Below, in pieces: positions 37,006 to 44,837 of a DNA stretch of 64,000 nucleotides; the stretch's first letter is position 1; every line of letters begins with the position of its first letter. Where the stretch lies: the NCBI GenBank assembly GCA_002269645.1, contig NIVC01002485.1, forward strand, positions 105,108-169,107, read 5' to 3'. The notes beneath the pieces were generated by a model. The model did not search any database. It was not told where the DNA came from and saw nothing but the letters and a program-made list of their open reading frames with translations. Both the position numbers and the translations under genes were made by a program. Origin of the DNA: Macrostomum lignano. Its lineage: Eukaryota.

Positions 37006-38228
37006 ATGAAAACGAAAAAGGCAATTTCAAACCTTCTGCCAGGTATTTATTTTGACTGCAGTAGACCGGGCAGCTATGGCGGCTATCAGGCATTAAAACG
37101 AGAGTTGCACAAACAGCACGGACCCAAGTTTAGTGTAGGGCAGGTATGCATATACGATATACTTCTAAACCAATGATTTTCTAGAAAATTCCAGCTTAGG
37201 TTTTTAGTTTTATCCACTAACTAGCAATTTCCAGTTTTTTTTTTACAATTAAAGGTAAAAACGTGGCTCCAAGACCAAGATGTCTACACACTGCATAGAG
37301 ATAAACGCAAAAACTTTTGTCGAGCACCGATTGTGGTGCGGGGCATGGATGACCAGTGGGAACTGGACCTTGTTGAAATGCTGCCGTTCGCTAAGTACAA
37401 TGGCGGCGTACGATATATTCTATGCTGCATTGATGTGCTCAGCAAGTTTGCCTGGGTCAGCCAGTGCGCCGCAAGACAGCCGAGGAGGTTGCAGCCGGAT
37501 TCGAAGCGATCCTAAATCGAGCTCACCCTCGATGCCCACGAGCAGTTCGGACCGACCGTGGAAAAGAGTTTTGCAACACCCAGTTCCGAGCCCTCTGCGT
37601 AAACCACAAAATTCATGCATTCACATCAAGTAGTGACCAGAAATGCGCAGTCATTGAGAGATAGAACCGCACACTGAAATCCCGAATGTGGCGGTACTTC
37701 CGTCACAAGTCAACATTAACCTGGACCGATGTGCTTCAACCCTTAGCAAAAGCATACAACCAGAGTATTCATCGGAGTATTCAAAGCCGACCAGTTGATG
37801 TCGACAAGTCAAACGAGATGGAAATTTGGCACCGGCTTTACGATGGGAAGCTTCCTGAGACTCGTGAAAAGGTCTCCAGACCAAAGTTCAAGGCAGGAAT
37901 GATGGTGCGAATCTCTCTTCGCAATCTGGCCAACCCATTCACCAAGGGCTACACAGGGGGATGGAGTGAGGAAGTATTTGAAGTCAAGTCCCTCCACCCC
38001 AAGCATTATCCATACATGTACACTCTGATCGATGCCCGAGGTGAAGAGTTGGAAGGCAAGTTTTACGAGCCGGAAATGCAGCAAGTGACAGGAAACAAGA
38101 AGCTGTGGATCATCGACAAGGTTCTCAACATTAAGAAGCTGAAGAGTGGAAAGATTCGGTATTTGGTTCAGTGGCGCGATTCAGAAAAACCCAGTTGGAT
38201 TGACGAAAAAGACTTAAGAAAAATATGA
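37006..38228 (+). pseudogene. Polinton DDE integrase with C-terminal chromodomain; exons 37006-37143 and 37255-38228; 1-nt deletion near 37459 and TAG at 37662
   Basis: IYFDCSRPGSYGG / VKTWLQDQDVYTLH / DQWELDL / IDVLSKFAWV / RTDRGKEF / VIER*NRTLK / FTKGYTGGWSEEVF / WIIDKVL..RYLVQWRDSEKPSWI. Confidence 0.92.
37144..37254 (+). other. Spliceosomal intron (111 bp, phase 0) in the integrase gene
   Basis: CAG|GTATGC donor, CACTAAC branch site at 37215-37221, poly-T tract, AAG|GTA acceptor; in-frame TGA at 37174 if retained; splicing restores Q-VKTWL. Confidence 0.85.
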
Positions 38229-39007
38229 AAAGGCAAAGATTTCAGGTAATGTCCGGCCCCGATGATGACCCGGCCAACTTTACTGCTGAGCTGCTGCATC
38301 CTGTGCTGCTGGATTCTGCTTTGGACTATGAGTTGGGTCTGCTTGGAATCAGTTTTATCAACTGCATCTACACGATCCCTCATCCATTGTCGCTATATTA
38401 TCAGCTTGAGGGTTCAATGCAATGTGCTGAAATTCCAGCTGGGCGCTACAATGACTTGAATGAGCTGATTGATGCAGTAAATGCTTTACTGATTGTAAAA
38501 GATTTTGATGAGTCTGGAATTGGCGAAACACCTATAAATGTGCATCTAATTAAATTTACCCTTGATTCAGTTAGCCATTATGTATACTATCAAATGGCTG
38601 GGATCTGTGAGAGATTTATGTTTCCAGAAAACAGCCAGATGGGGAAAATCTTTGGTGCTGCGCAGACAACCTATAGCGAGCAGGCAGGATGCTTTGAACG
38701 ACCTGGCATGAACCCGGCCTGGAATACGGATTTGCTGCTTGTTGAGTGCGATCAGATTAGCCCGCGCTGTATTGGAAATCAGTTTACTCCAGCACTGCAG
38801 ACTTTGAATATTGGTGGTCTTTTGCAGGATCACCGGTCGGAACTCATCTATAAGAATAAGCTGTTCTTCCCAATAGCAGCAAACCACCGCTTAACACACA
38901 TGCAAATACGGCTACGACCGATCAACTGTATCGAATCTATCCGATTACTCTTTGGACCCACAGTCTTGACTTTTGAGCTGCGTGAGTCATGGACATTCGA
39001 CAAGTGA
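38225..39007 (+). CDS. Minor capsid protein (penton), 260 aa
   Basis: DDDPANFTAEL..PVLL...YELGL.GISF and LLLVECDQI..R.IGNQ..PAL, typical of Polinton minor capsid; position after the integrase. Confidence 0.82.
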   Translation: MKRQRFQVMSGPDDDPANFTAELLHPVLLDSALDYELGLLGISFINCIYTIPHPLSLYYQLEGSMQCAEIPAGRYNDLNELIDAVNALLIVKDFDESGIGETPINVHLIKFTLDSVSHYVYYQMAGICERFMFPENSQMGKIFGAAQTTYSEQAGCFERPGMNPAWNTDLLLVECDQISPRCIGNQFTPALQTLNIGGLLQDHRSELIYKNKLFFPIAANHRLTHMQIRLRPINCIESIRLLFGPTVLTFELRESWTFDK

Positions 39008-39252
39008 CCGAGTTTTATCGAGGCAGTTGCTTCAAACTTCCTCATGGGCACGGATATCCCACATCGCTGCTATCTCGACTGCCCCCTGAGACTCATGAAA
39101 ATGCAGTTCTCCTTTCCCGCATACCACCTCCATCGCAGAAAAAACATAAGAAAACGCCAAAAATCAAACCAAAGAAGAGCAAGCCAGTGCCCACAAAAAA
39201 GCGCAAGATACCGTTAAAAACAGTCAACCGAGTGCTCGATTCACTCTCATAA
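38989..39252 (+). CDS. Small basic core-like protein (FYRGS..GHG motif), 87 aa
   Basis: Lys-rich C-terminal half; conserved slot between penton and major capsid. Confidence 0.65.
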   Translation: MDIRQVTEFYRGSCFKLPHGHGYPTSLLSRLPPETHENAVLLSRIPPPSQKKHKKTPKIKPKKSKPVPTKKRKIPLKTVNRVLDSLS

Positions 39253-40521
39253 TGTATCGGACAAATCCACGGCTCAATCTGTTTGAGCCAATGACGCATG
39301 AAATTGGAGTGGATAGGTCTCACTTCACGGACTTTCATCCCATCGGCAGTCTCACGACTCCTGATGCACCGATTGAATTCGACTGCCACGCCTCCTCTGA
39401 GGACTACACCGATCTGCACGCCACAGTGCTGCAAGTCACTTGCCGGATAACTCGTGTGATAAACAATGCAGAGCTGACTAATGAAGATGATGCCCATGTC
39501 GGACTATCGAATCTCCCGCTTGCCAGCCTGTTTCGTGATGTCACTGTAAAACTCAACCAGCGGGTTGTGAGTGGTGGGGACCAGCTCTACCCATATCGAG
39601 CAATGCTTCAAGTGCTGACCAGCAGCAATGCCAACCAGCTTCAAGAACTGGCGGCCGCAGGTTATTATCCAGACACCGCTGGAGAGAGTGACACCATTGG
39701 GGAGCAAAATCATGGATTCACAAATCGTGCGAGATTGCATGAGGCTTCTGCTGTTGTGCAATATGCCGGCCCGTTGTTTTCAGACATTTTTTCAATCCGG
39801 CAGTATCTGCTAAACCAAATCAGCCTGCAGGTCAAATTGACCCGGCATTGCAGCGCTTTTTCGTTGATGGTACCCAATAATGGAGTTCAATATCGTATTG
39901 AAGTCGACAATGCTATTCTGCTTTTGAGGCGTCTCCGAGTAAACCCAACAGTGGCTCTCGCACATGAACAGGGGCTCTCACAACGTAATGCTCTCTACCA
40001 CTTTGATAGAAGAGAGCTTCAGACATTCACATTTTCTGTTGGGACAAGAAACAAGAGTCTCGATTCAATCACGCATGGTCAGCTGCCAAAATTTGTGCTC
40101 CTTGGAATGGTCAGCCAGACTGCTTTCAATGGATCTCTGCACCACAACCCGTTTTGGTTCCAAGCATTTGGATTGAATAGTTTAAGCCTGTTTGTCAATG
40201 GAGAGCCAATTACTGGGCAGCCCATAGAACCACAGCAGCAGCACTCATCCGAATTTTTGCAGTTTGCCCGCAGTCTCGGTGGAAAATATTGCATAAGCTT
40301 TGATGAATTTCGAAATAGTGCCTATCTGCTTGCGTTTGACCTTAGTCCAAGTGGCGATGAAGTAGGCAGCTGGTTTGGTCATAGGCAGGGTCAACTACGA
40401 CTGGATATTCGCTTTTCCAACGCTCTCGCACAGCCAGTCACACTCATCTGCTTGTGCGTGTATGATTCATGCATGGAAATCACTAAAGAGAGATGTGCTG
40501 CTGGATTATCGCAGAGCATGA
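39252..40521 (+). CDS. Major capsid protein (double jelly-roll), about 423 aa once a 2-bp loss near 40490 is repaired
   Basis: RLNLFEP..HEIGV..SHFTDFHPI.SL....PIEF..YTDL; QLYPYRAML; GPLFSDIF; PKFVLLGMVSQ.AFNGSLHHNPF.FQ; AFDLSP. The native end DVLLDYRRA* lies in the shifted frame. Confidence 0.92.
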
Positions 40522-40991
40522 ATTCCGAAGAGTTGGAAGCGTTCATTTCTCGCTGCCCCACATCTGTGCGGGATGCCTATTGCGGAAATTTTACAGTTGG
40601 AACAGTGACACCATTTTTCGATTCAACCTGCCGACCCTGCTGCTTCATTTTGTATGAGCCATGGAATGATGAGTGCGGTCACTGGATTGCTGGAGTAGTA
40701 ACCAGTAAAGTGCATTGTGAAATTTTCAACTCTTTGGGAGGCTTGAGTAAAAATATGAAGAGCTGGTTAAAGAAAACTAAACCGACGCGGATGGTGCTAC
40801 AATGGAATACGGTCCCTGTTCAGCCCAGTTCGTCAACTCTATGCGGCTGGTATTGCATTTTTTACTTGATCCATCGACTACATAAGAGAATGTCATATAA
40901 TGCCTTGTTCATCAAGGTTTTGCACCCGGCAGCTGTGGCTCAAAACGATGCAATCATACTCAGACTCAAAAATCAGTTGCAAGGTGTTTGA
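40518..40991 (+). CDS. Adenain/Ulp1-like maturation cysteine protease, 157 aa
   Basis: GHW, IFNSLG, VQP, LCGWYC motifs; own ATG at 40518 overlaps the repaired capsid stop (ATGA). Confidence 0.9.
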   Translation: MNSEELEAFISRCPTSVRDAYCGNFTVGTVTPFFDSTCRPCCFILYEPWNDECGHWIAGVVTSKVHCEIFNSLGGLSKNMKSWLKKTKPTRMVLQWNTVPVQPSSSTLCGWYCIFYLIHRLHKRMSYNALFIKVLHPAAVAQNDAIILRLKNQLQGV

Positions 40992-41607
40992 TTCCAGACT
41001 GCGGATGGGAGGCTGCATGATGGTTTCGGGCCCTTCTCGAGCGGGAAAATCAACATTCTGTTTGCGGTTGCTGTCCCAACGACTGCTTCTGTTCGACCAA
41101 CCTCCCAAGCGGATGATTTGGTATCACGGATGCCCGCAGCCGGAACTCCACGCGACTCTGCGGCGGCTAGGAGTGCAAGTATGTGAAGGATTATCGAATT
41201 TGGATCTGCAGCCCCATGACCTGATTGTGATTGACGATTTACTGGATGAAGCAGCTGCAAGTCGAGAGCTACGACATCTGTTCACCCGTGAGGCCCACCA
41301 CAAGCCCTGCTTTGTCATTCTCATCACGCAAAATCTATTTTTCAAAGGCAGAGAGTGGCGCACAATTAGCATAAATTGCACCTACATTGTGTTGTTCAAC
41401 AACCCCAGAGACGCCTCTGCGGTCCAAGCTTTAAGTCAGCAATGCTTTCCCAAACGGCGCACTCTGCTAGTAGAACTGATGGATCGATTGGTGCGAGATG
41501 GAGATCAGCGCTATCTGCTGCTTGATTTTCACCCCGCTTCACCCCATGAACTGCGCCTGAGAGCCAATTTTCTCCCCGATGAGGCCCCGCAGCGAGTTTA
41601 TCTATAA
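40984..41607 (+). CDS. FtsK/A32-like genome packaging ATPase
   Basis: Walker A GPSRAGKS, Walker B LIVIDD, FTREAHH, ITQNLF, RTISINCTYIVLFNNPRD. Homology begins at GTG 40984 (VFDSRL); first ATG is 41005. Confidence 0.93.
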   Translation: MFDSRLRMGGCMMVSGPSRAGKSTFCLRLLSQRLLLFDQPPKRMIWYHGCPQPELHATLRRLGVQVCEGLSNLDLQPHDLIVIDDLLDEAAASRELRHLFTREAHHKPCFVILITQNLFFKGREWRTISINCTYIVLFNNPRDASAVQALSQQCFPKRRTLLVELMDRLVRDGDQRYLLLDFHPASPHELRLRANFLPDEAPQRVYL

Positions 41608-41637
41608 GAATGGCTCAGTCTCTGCACTGAGTTAAAC

Positions 41638-41970
41638 ATGGATAAACACATTGCACTAATAACTGTCTTTTGTGAGGGCACTATATCCTTGCGTCGCTGC
41701 ATACTTACCTATGCAAATAAAAGCACCATTTGCTTTTTGGTCGAGTGTATTATCAACTTACTAGCAGGAAAAGTTGGCTGTGAAGATAGCTTGAAGCGGA
41801 GACTCAGGCGATATCGAAATACTCTCCGGCTTGTTGCACAAAGCAAAAGTGTGAAAGAGGCTCGGCGCAATCTCTCACACCCGCATATCCTTCGTTGTCT
41901 TCCTCTGATTCTCACCTGTATAAAAAGACATGTACAAGGAAATGATACTGGTACCCCGGTTGCAGTATGA
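41638..41970 (+). CDS. Conserved small basic Polinton accessory protein, 110 aa
   Basis: ICFLVECIINLLAGKV...LRRYRNTLRLVA, a pattern I recognise from animal Polintons; function unknown. Confidence 0.7.
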   Translation: MDKHIALITVFCEGTISLRRCILTYANKSTICFLVECIINLLAGKVGCEDSLKRRLRRYRNTLRLVAQSKSVKEARRNLSHPHILRCLPLILTCIKRHVQGNDTGTPVAV

Positions 41971-42526
41971 GGCACTTGTGAATCAGAGGGGCATGGAGAC
42001 AGTCTGTGAACCCGAGCTAGAGGCGGAAAAACAGTTGCGCAAGATTAGGGACGAGCGTTGCGTGCAGCAGCTGCAGGCAAGTGCGACCCAAGAACAGCCT
42101 CCAGTAATTCACAAAGAACCGCAGTGGAAGGAGGTTTTATATCTGACGGTGAATCAGAAATGGCATCATCGTCTGCAGGCATTGATTAGCTTCATAACCG
42201 TAAAGTGCAAGTCGATTAGCATAGATGATACGTATGAAGTTTCTGTCAATGGTAAACCGTTGTACAACTCAAATATCGTGGACCTGCTGCATTTCATAGT
42301 TAAAGATACGTACTCTAAGTACCTTCAGCCACCGAATGGGATTAATGAGTTTGTTACGTGTCTTCAAGAAAACCACGTGCCTCTGTCTGCAGTTGGTCTG
42401 AACACTACAAAATTGCTGGAAAAGCCTCGGGAAGAAAAGTCCAGTCCTAAAAAACCTCGACTGCAAGGCTATAAGAAGACTCAGTCTCAGAAAGGATACG
42501 GCAAGTGGATCAAGTGGCCAAGATGA
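41930..42526 (+). CDS. Conserved Polinton accessory protein, 198 aa
   Basis: MILVP; EVSVNGKPL.NSNIVDLL; P.G..EF...L....VP...VG pattern. Confidence 0.7.
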   Translation: MYKEMILVPRLQYEALVNQRGMETVCEPELEAEKQLRKIRDERCVQQLQASATQEQPPVIHKEPQWKEVLYLTVNQKWHHRLQALISFITVKCKSISIDDTYEVSVNGKPLYNSNIVDLLHFIVKDTYSKYLQPPNGINEFVTCLQENHVPLSAVGLNTTKLLEKPREEKSSPKKPRLQGYKKTQSQKGYGKWIKWPR

Positions 42527-43404
42527 TTGTCATTGATTTTGAAGGATTTCCGCACCTCTACAAAACAGAGGACTTTGTGATTAAGGAAATTGCATGGGTT
42601 GAGTTTGCATGCGGTCAAACGACGGCTCATTACTATTGCTACCGACCGCCGCACAGCTTTGAGCTCTTTGATCGAGGACAGCGACGAACCTGCTACTGGC
42701 TCACCAATAAGCGGCACGGTCTAGACTGGGACAGGAGTGGGTTCCGACCCTACTCTTGTCTCTGGAGCGATATCTCTCACTTGCAAGGCCCGATATTTAG
42801 CAAGGGGGATGTCAAGTGCCAGTTCCTGTCGCGTCTGCTGCTGCAGCCTGTCTACGACCTCGCACACCTAGCCTTTCCGAGTGCCTCAAAGTACGTGCTA
42901 CCCTGCGCCCTGGCCAAGGTGGCGCTGTACGCTGATTGGCTGCGGCCTCGCGGCTACGGGTCTATAAAAGTAGCGATCTGCAGCAGGCACTGGCGTTTCT
43001 CTCGATTGTCTAAAGATGGTCGCAACAATTCGCGTGACAAACATCGTGACAGGAGCCGACCTGGCGACCCGGGTGGGTCTGCCTCAACTAGTGAATTTCC
43101 TGACTCTTCATCTGCCTCAGTATCACACAATCCGCCATCGCCTGGTTCATCCTCGAACACTGGCAGTGGTGATGAAGAGCGGGCAGCATCGAGTAACCGC
43201 GCTGGTGTATCCGACCGGACAAGTGTCTGTCTGTGGAGCCAAAAGCATGGAGGAAGCTCTCGCAGAGACGGAGAAGATTGTGAAGCTGTGTGCGGACTTC
43301 TTGCGATTGACCAGTCTGCCCCAGATTCGCATCAAGACTATTACCTCTGTGACGGCCTTTCCCGCGGGTCGGCATCCACTCCGGTTGGGGGAAGTCAAGT
43401 CTAA
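42523..43404 (+). CDS. DEDD-like 3'-5' exonuclease-fold protein; homology ends near 42960 while the ORF runs on over the TBP-like gene
   Basis: IVIDFEGF..FVIKEIA; WLTNKRHGLDW..G..PY; IFSKG..K..FL; CA..V...ADWL. ATG 42523 overlaps the previous stop (ATGA). Confidence 0.65.
   Translation: MIVIDFEGFPHLYKTEDFVIKEIAWVEFACGQTTAHYYCYRPPHSFELFDRGQRRTCYWLTNKRHGLDWDRSGFRPYSCLWSDISHLQGPIFSKGDVKCQFLSRLLLQPVYDLAHLAFPSASKYVLPCALAKVALYADWLRPRGYGSIKVAICSRHWRFSRLSKDGRNNSRDKHRDRSRPGDPGGSASTSEFPDSSSASVSHNPPSPGSSSNTGSGDEERAASSNRAGVSDRTSVCLWSQKHGGSSRRDGEDCEAVCGLLAIDQSAPDSHQDYYLCDGLSRGSASTPVGGSQV
42935..42970 (+). promoter_or_regulatory. CCAAT (CTGATTGGCT) plus TATA (TATAAAAG) promoter of the TBP-like gene
   Basis: TATAAAAG at 42963-42970, 53 bp before ATG 43016; NF-Y-consensus ATTGG at 42935-42939. 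Confidence 0.65.
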
Positions 43405-43615
43405 ATGGCCGCATCGGGCCACCTATGAGCCGGAAATGTTTAACGGACTTGTGCTTGAGTTTACTGCCTCTGTAAAGTTGATTTTGTTTCATTCGTATCG
43501 TTGTATAATAGCTGGTGCTCGCAGCGTGGTTGAGGCTCAGACTGCAGCTGATGCCCTCTCCCGCATTTTGCTACCAGATCAAGCATCCGAACCTACTTTG
43601 CTGGACTCTGACTGA
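43016..43615 (+). CDS. Divergent TATA-binding protein (TBP) homologue, 199 aa
   Basis: Two-repeat core: VTNIVTGADL / AVVMK..RVTALVYPTGQVSVCGAKS.EEA / PLRL..V / ATYEPEMFNGLVL...VKLILFHS..CIIAGARS, versus TBP NIVSTVNL, TTALIFSSGKMVCTGAKS, SYEPELFPGLIY, VLLIFVSGKVVLTGAK. Confidence 0.9.
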   Translation: MVATIRVTNIVTGADLATRVGLPQLVNFLTLHLPQYHTIRHRLVHPRTLAVVMKSGQHRVTALVYPTGQVSVCGAKSMEEALAETEKIVKLCADFLRLTSLPQIRIKTITSVTAFPAGRHPLRLGEVKSKWPHRATYEPEMFNGLVLEFTASVKLILFHSYRCIIAGARSVVEAQTAADALSRILLPDQASEPTLLDSD

Positions 43616-43670
43616 GCTCCTCTACGGCATAACAGTAGTAGTGAGATCTGCCTATGCACCGAGTAATAAT

Positions 43671-43818
43671 AATAAAAATAATAATAATATTTTTGCTGTA
43701 ACTTTACTTCTGTATTTCTTTTGTGTACAAAAGATAAGAAAAAATAAACGCGAATGCGACAATAGTGTTTGTACAACAATGCTTACGAAAATGAAATGTT
43801 TTTTTTGTTTATTTTATT
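43671..43818. terminator. Bidirectional polyadenylation region between convergent TBP-like and PC4-like units
   Basis: AATAAA on + at 43671 and 43743; TTTATT (AATAAA on -) at 43808 and 43813; AT-rich. Confidence 0.55.
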
Positions 43819-44054
43819 GGCAGGTCCATGGATTGCAAAGCATAAAATTACATGTTAAAAGCTCGTATTAGCACAAAAAAAAGTTTATGAAGAATGGAAG
43901 GGCAGTATTAAGGCCCGTCACGTGTATTTACAAAACAGGTATTATCGCAAGAAATTAAAGCATCATGGGGCAATATTATAGCCAGTGTTGACAAAGCAGT
44001 ATATACAACAGTGCATGATCAGTACTATGGTTCAAAACTATATTTAAAAAAAAG

Positions 44055-44387
44055 TTACTTGACGAAATGACCAGTTGTCGCTTCATGCATTGCGCGTCGC
44101 TTCATTGGTGGCTGGTGGAATGAAGGCTGTTGGTTCTTCTCAGCTGTTGGTGGCTCTTCCAGAGTTTCGAATGTAAATCTCTTTCTAAATTCAGCCTGAA
44201 CTGCTTGGAAGGCCCCCCAGTGGTCGTCCCAATCTGCCGACTGCCTGTCAGGTACTTGCATCAGTTGGTCGAGCGTAAGCCTTGCTGCCCATGCTGAACA
44301 CTTCAGATTCCGTAGGGTGGTATCCCATGGATCGCCGATCGGTGGCTCGACCGGAGGCTCTCGCTTGTCATTTTGTCTAGGACCCAT
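44055..44387 (-). CDS. Hypothetical protein (MGPRQNDKREPP..., 110 aa), overlapping the end of the PC4-like ORF
   Basis: Open frame in the compact element, ending just before the AT-rich terminator zone; no motif recognised. Confidence 0.4.
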   Translation of the reverse strand: MGPRQNDKREPPVEPPIGDPWDTTLRNLKCSAWAARLTLDQLMQVPDRQSADWDDHWGAFQAVQAEFRKRFTFETLEEPPTAEKNQQPSFHQPPMKRRAMHEATTGHFVK

Positions 44388-44740
44388 TGCTTTTGAGCCC
44401 AGACTTCGCGCCAAAGTGTAGTAGGAAGCGGTAAGGCGTGCCTTAGGTGCACCGGCGGTCCGAGTACAGTTGGAAGGCGCCAGAGTGTGATTACGCCATT
44501 TTGCACAACCACTTGCCTGTTGCCACCCAGAAGGCATTGCGCATCGATACACTTTCTTGCAAACTCTTCCAGTCGTTCCTTCAGGCTGCCCAAGTGGCAA
44601 AACTGGTGGACGGTGAGCTCCATGCCAGGCAGACCTGGTCGATACTCTTCATCAAATTTGTACCACTTTCTGATGCTGATGCACTTCGAGTGCGACCTGA
44701 CGCCGATTCGAAATCTGTTCGATAATGTCTTGAAGTTCAT
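44303..44740 (-). CDS. PC4/Sub1-like ssDNA-binding protein, probably two tandem PC4 domains, 145 aa
   Basis: GVRSHSKCISIRKWY.FDEEYRPGLPGMELTVHQFCHL..L matches PC4 [38 protein letters not shown]; weaker second unit LLGGNRQVVV..VITLWR...L....W. Confidence 0.8.
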   Translation of the reverse strand: MNFKTLSNRFRIGVRSHSKCISIRKWYKFDEEYRPGLPGMELTVHQFCHLGSLKERLEEFARKCIDAQCLLGGNRQVVVQNGVITLWRLPTVLGPPVHLRHALPLPTTLWREVWAQKQWVLDKMTSESLRSSHRSAIHGIPPYGI

Positions 44741-44779
44741 TTTGTTCACTGTGAGCTTTCCTTCCGGCTGTGTGCGAGA

Positions 44780-44837
44780 TTATATACGACGAGAGTTGGT
44801 AAGTAACACCAGCTCCCGCTCCATAGCAATAACCAAT
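44780..44837 (-). promoter_or_regulatory. TATA (TATATAA) plus CCAAT promoter of the PC4-like gene
   Basis: TATATAA on - at 44786-44780, 46 bp before ATG 44740; CCAAT at 44833-44837. Confidence 0.6.

Noticed and set aside
38533-38539. TATAAAT inside penton (and TATAAAAA at 41919)
   Set aside because: The first is far from any start; the second is only 11 bp before an ATG. Both show that TATA-like words also arise by chance here.
42990-43404. Ser-rich C-terminal extension of the nuclease ORF as a real overprinted protein
   Set aside because: Homology ends near ADWL; the tail is the shadow frame of the TBP-like gene, probably from a lost stop.
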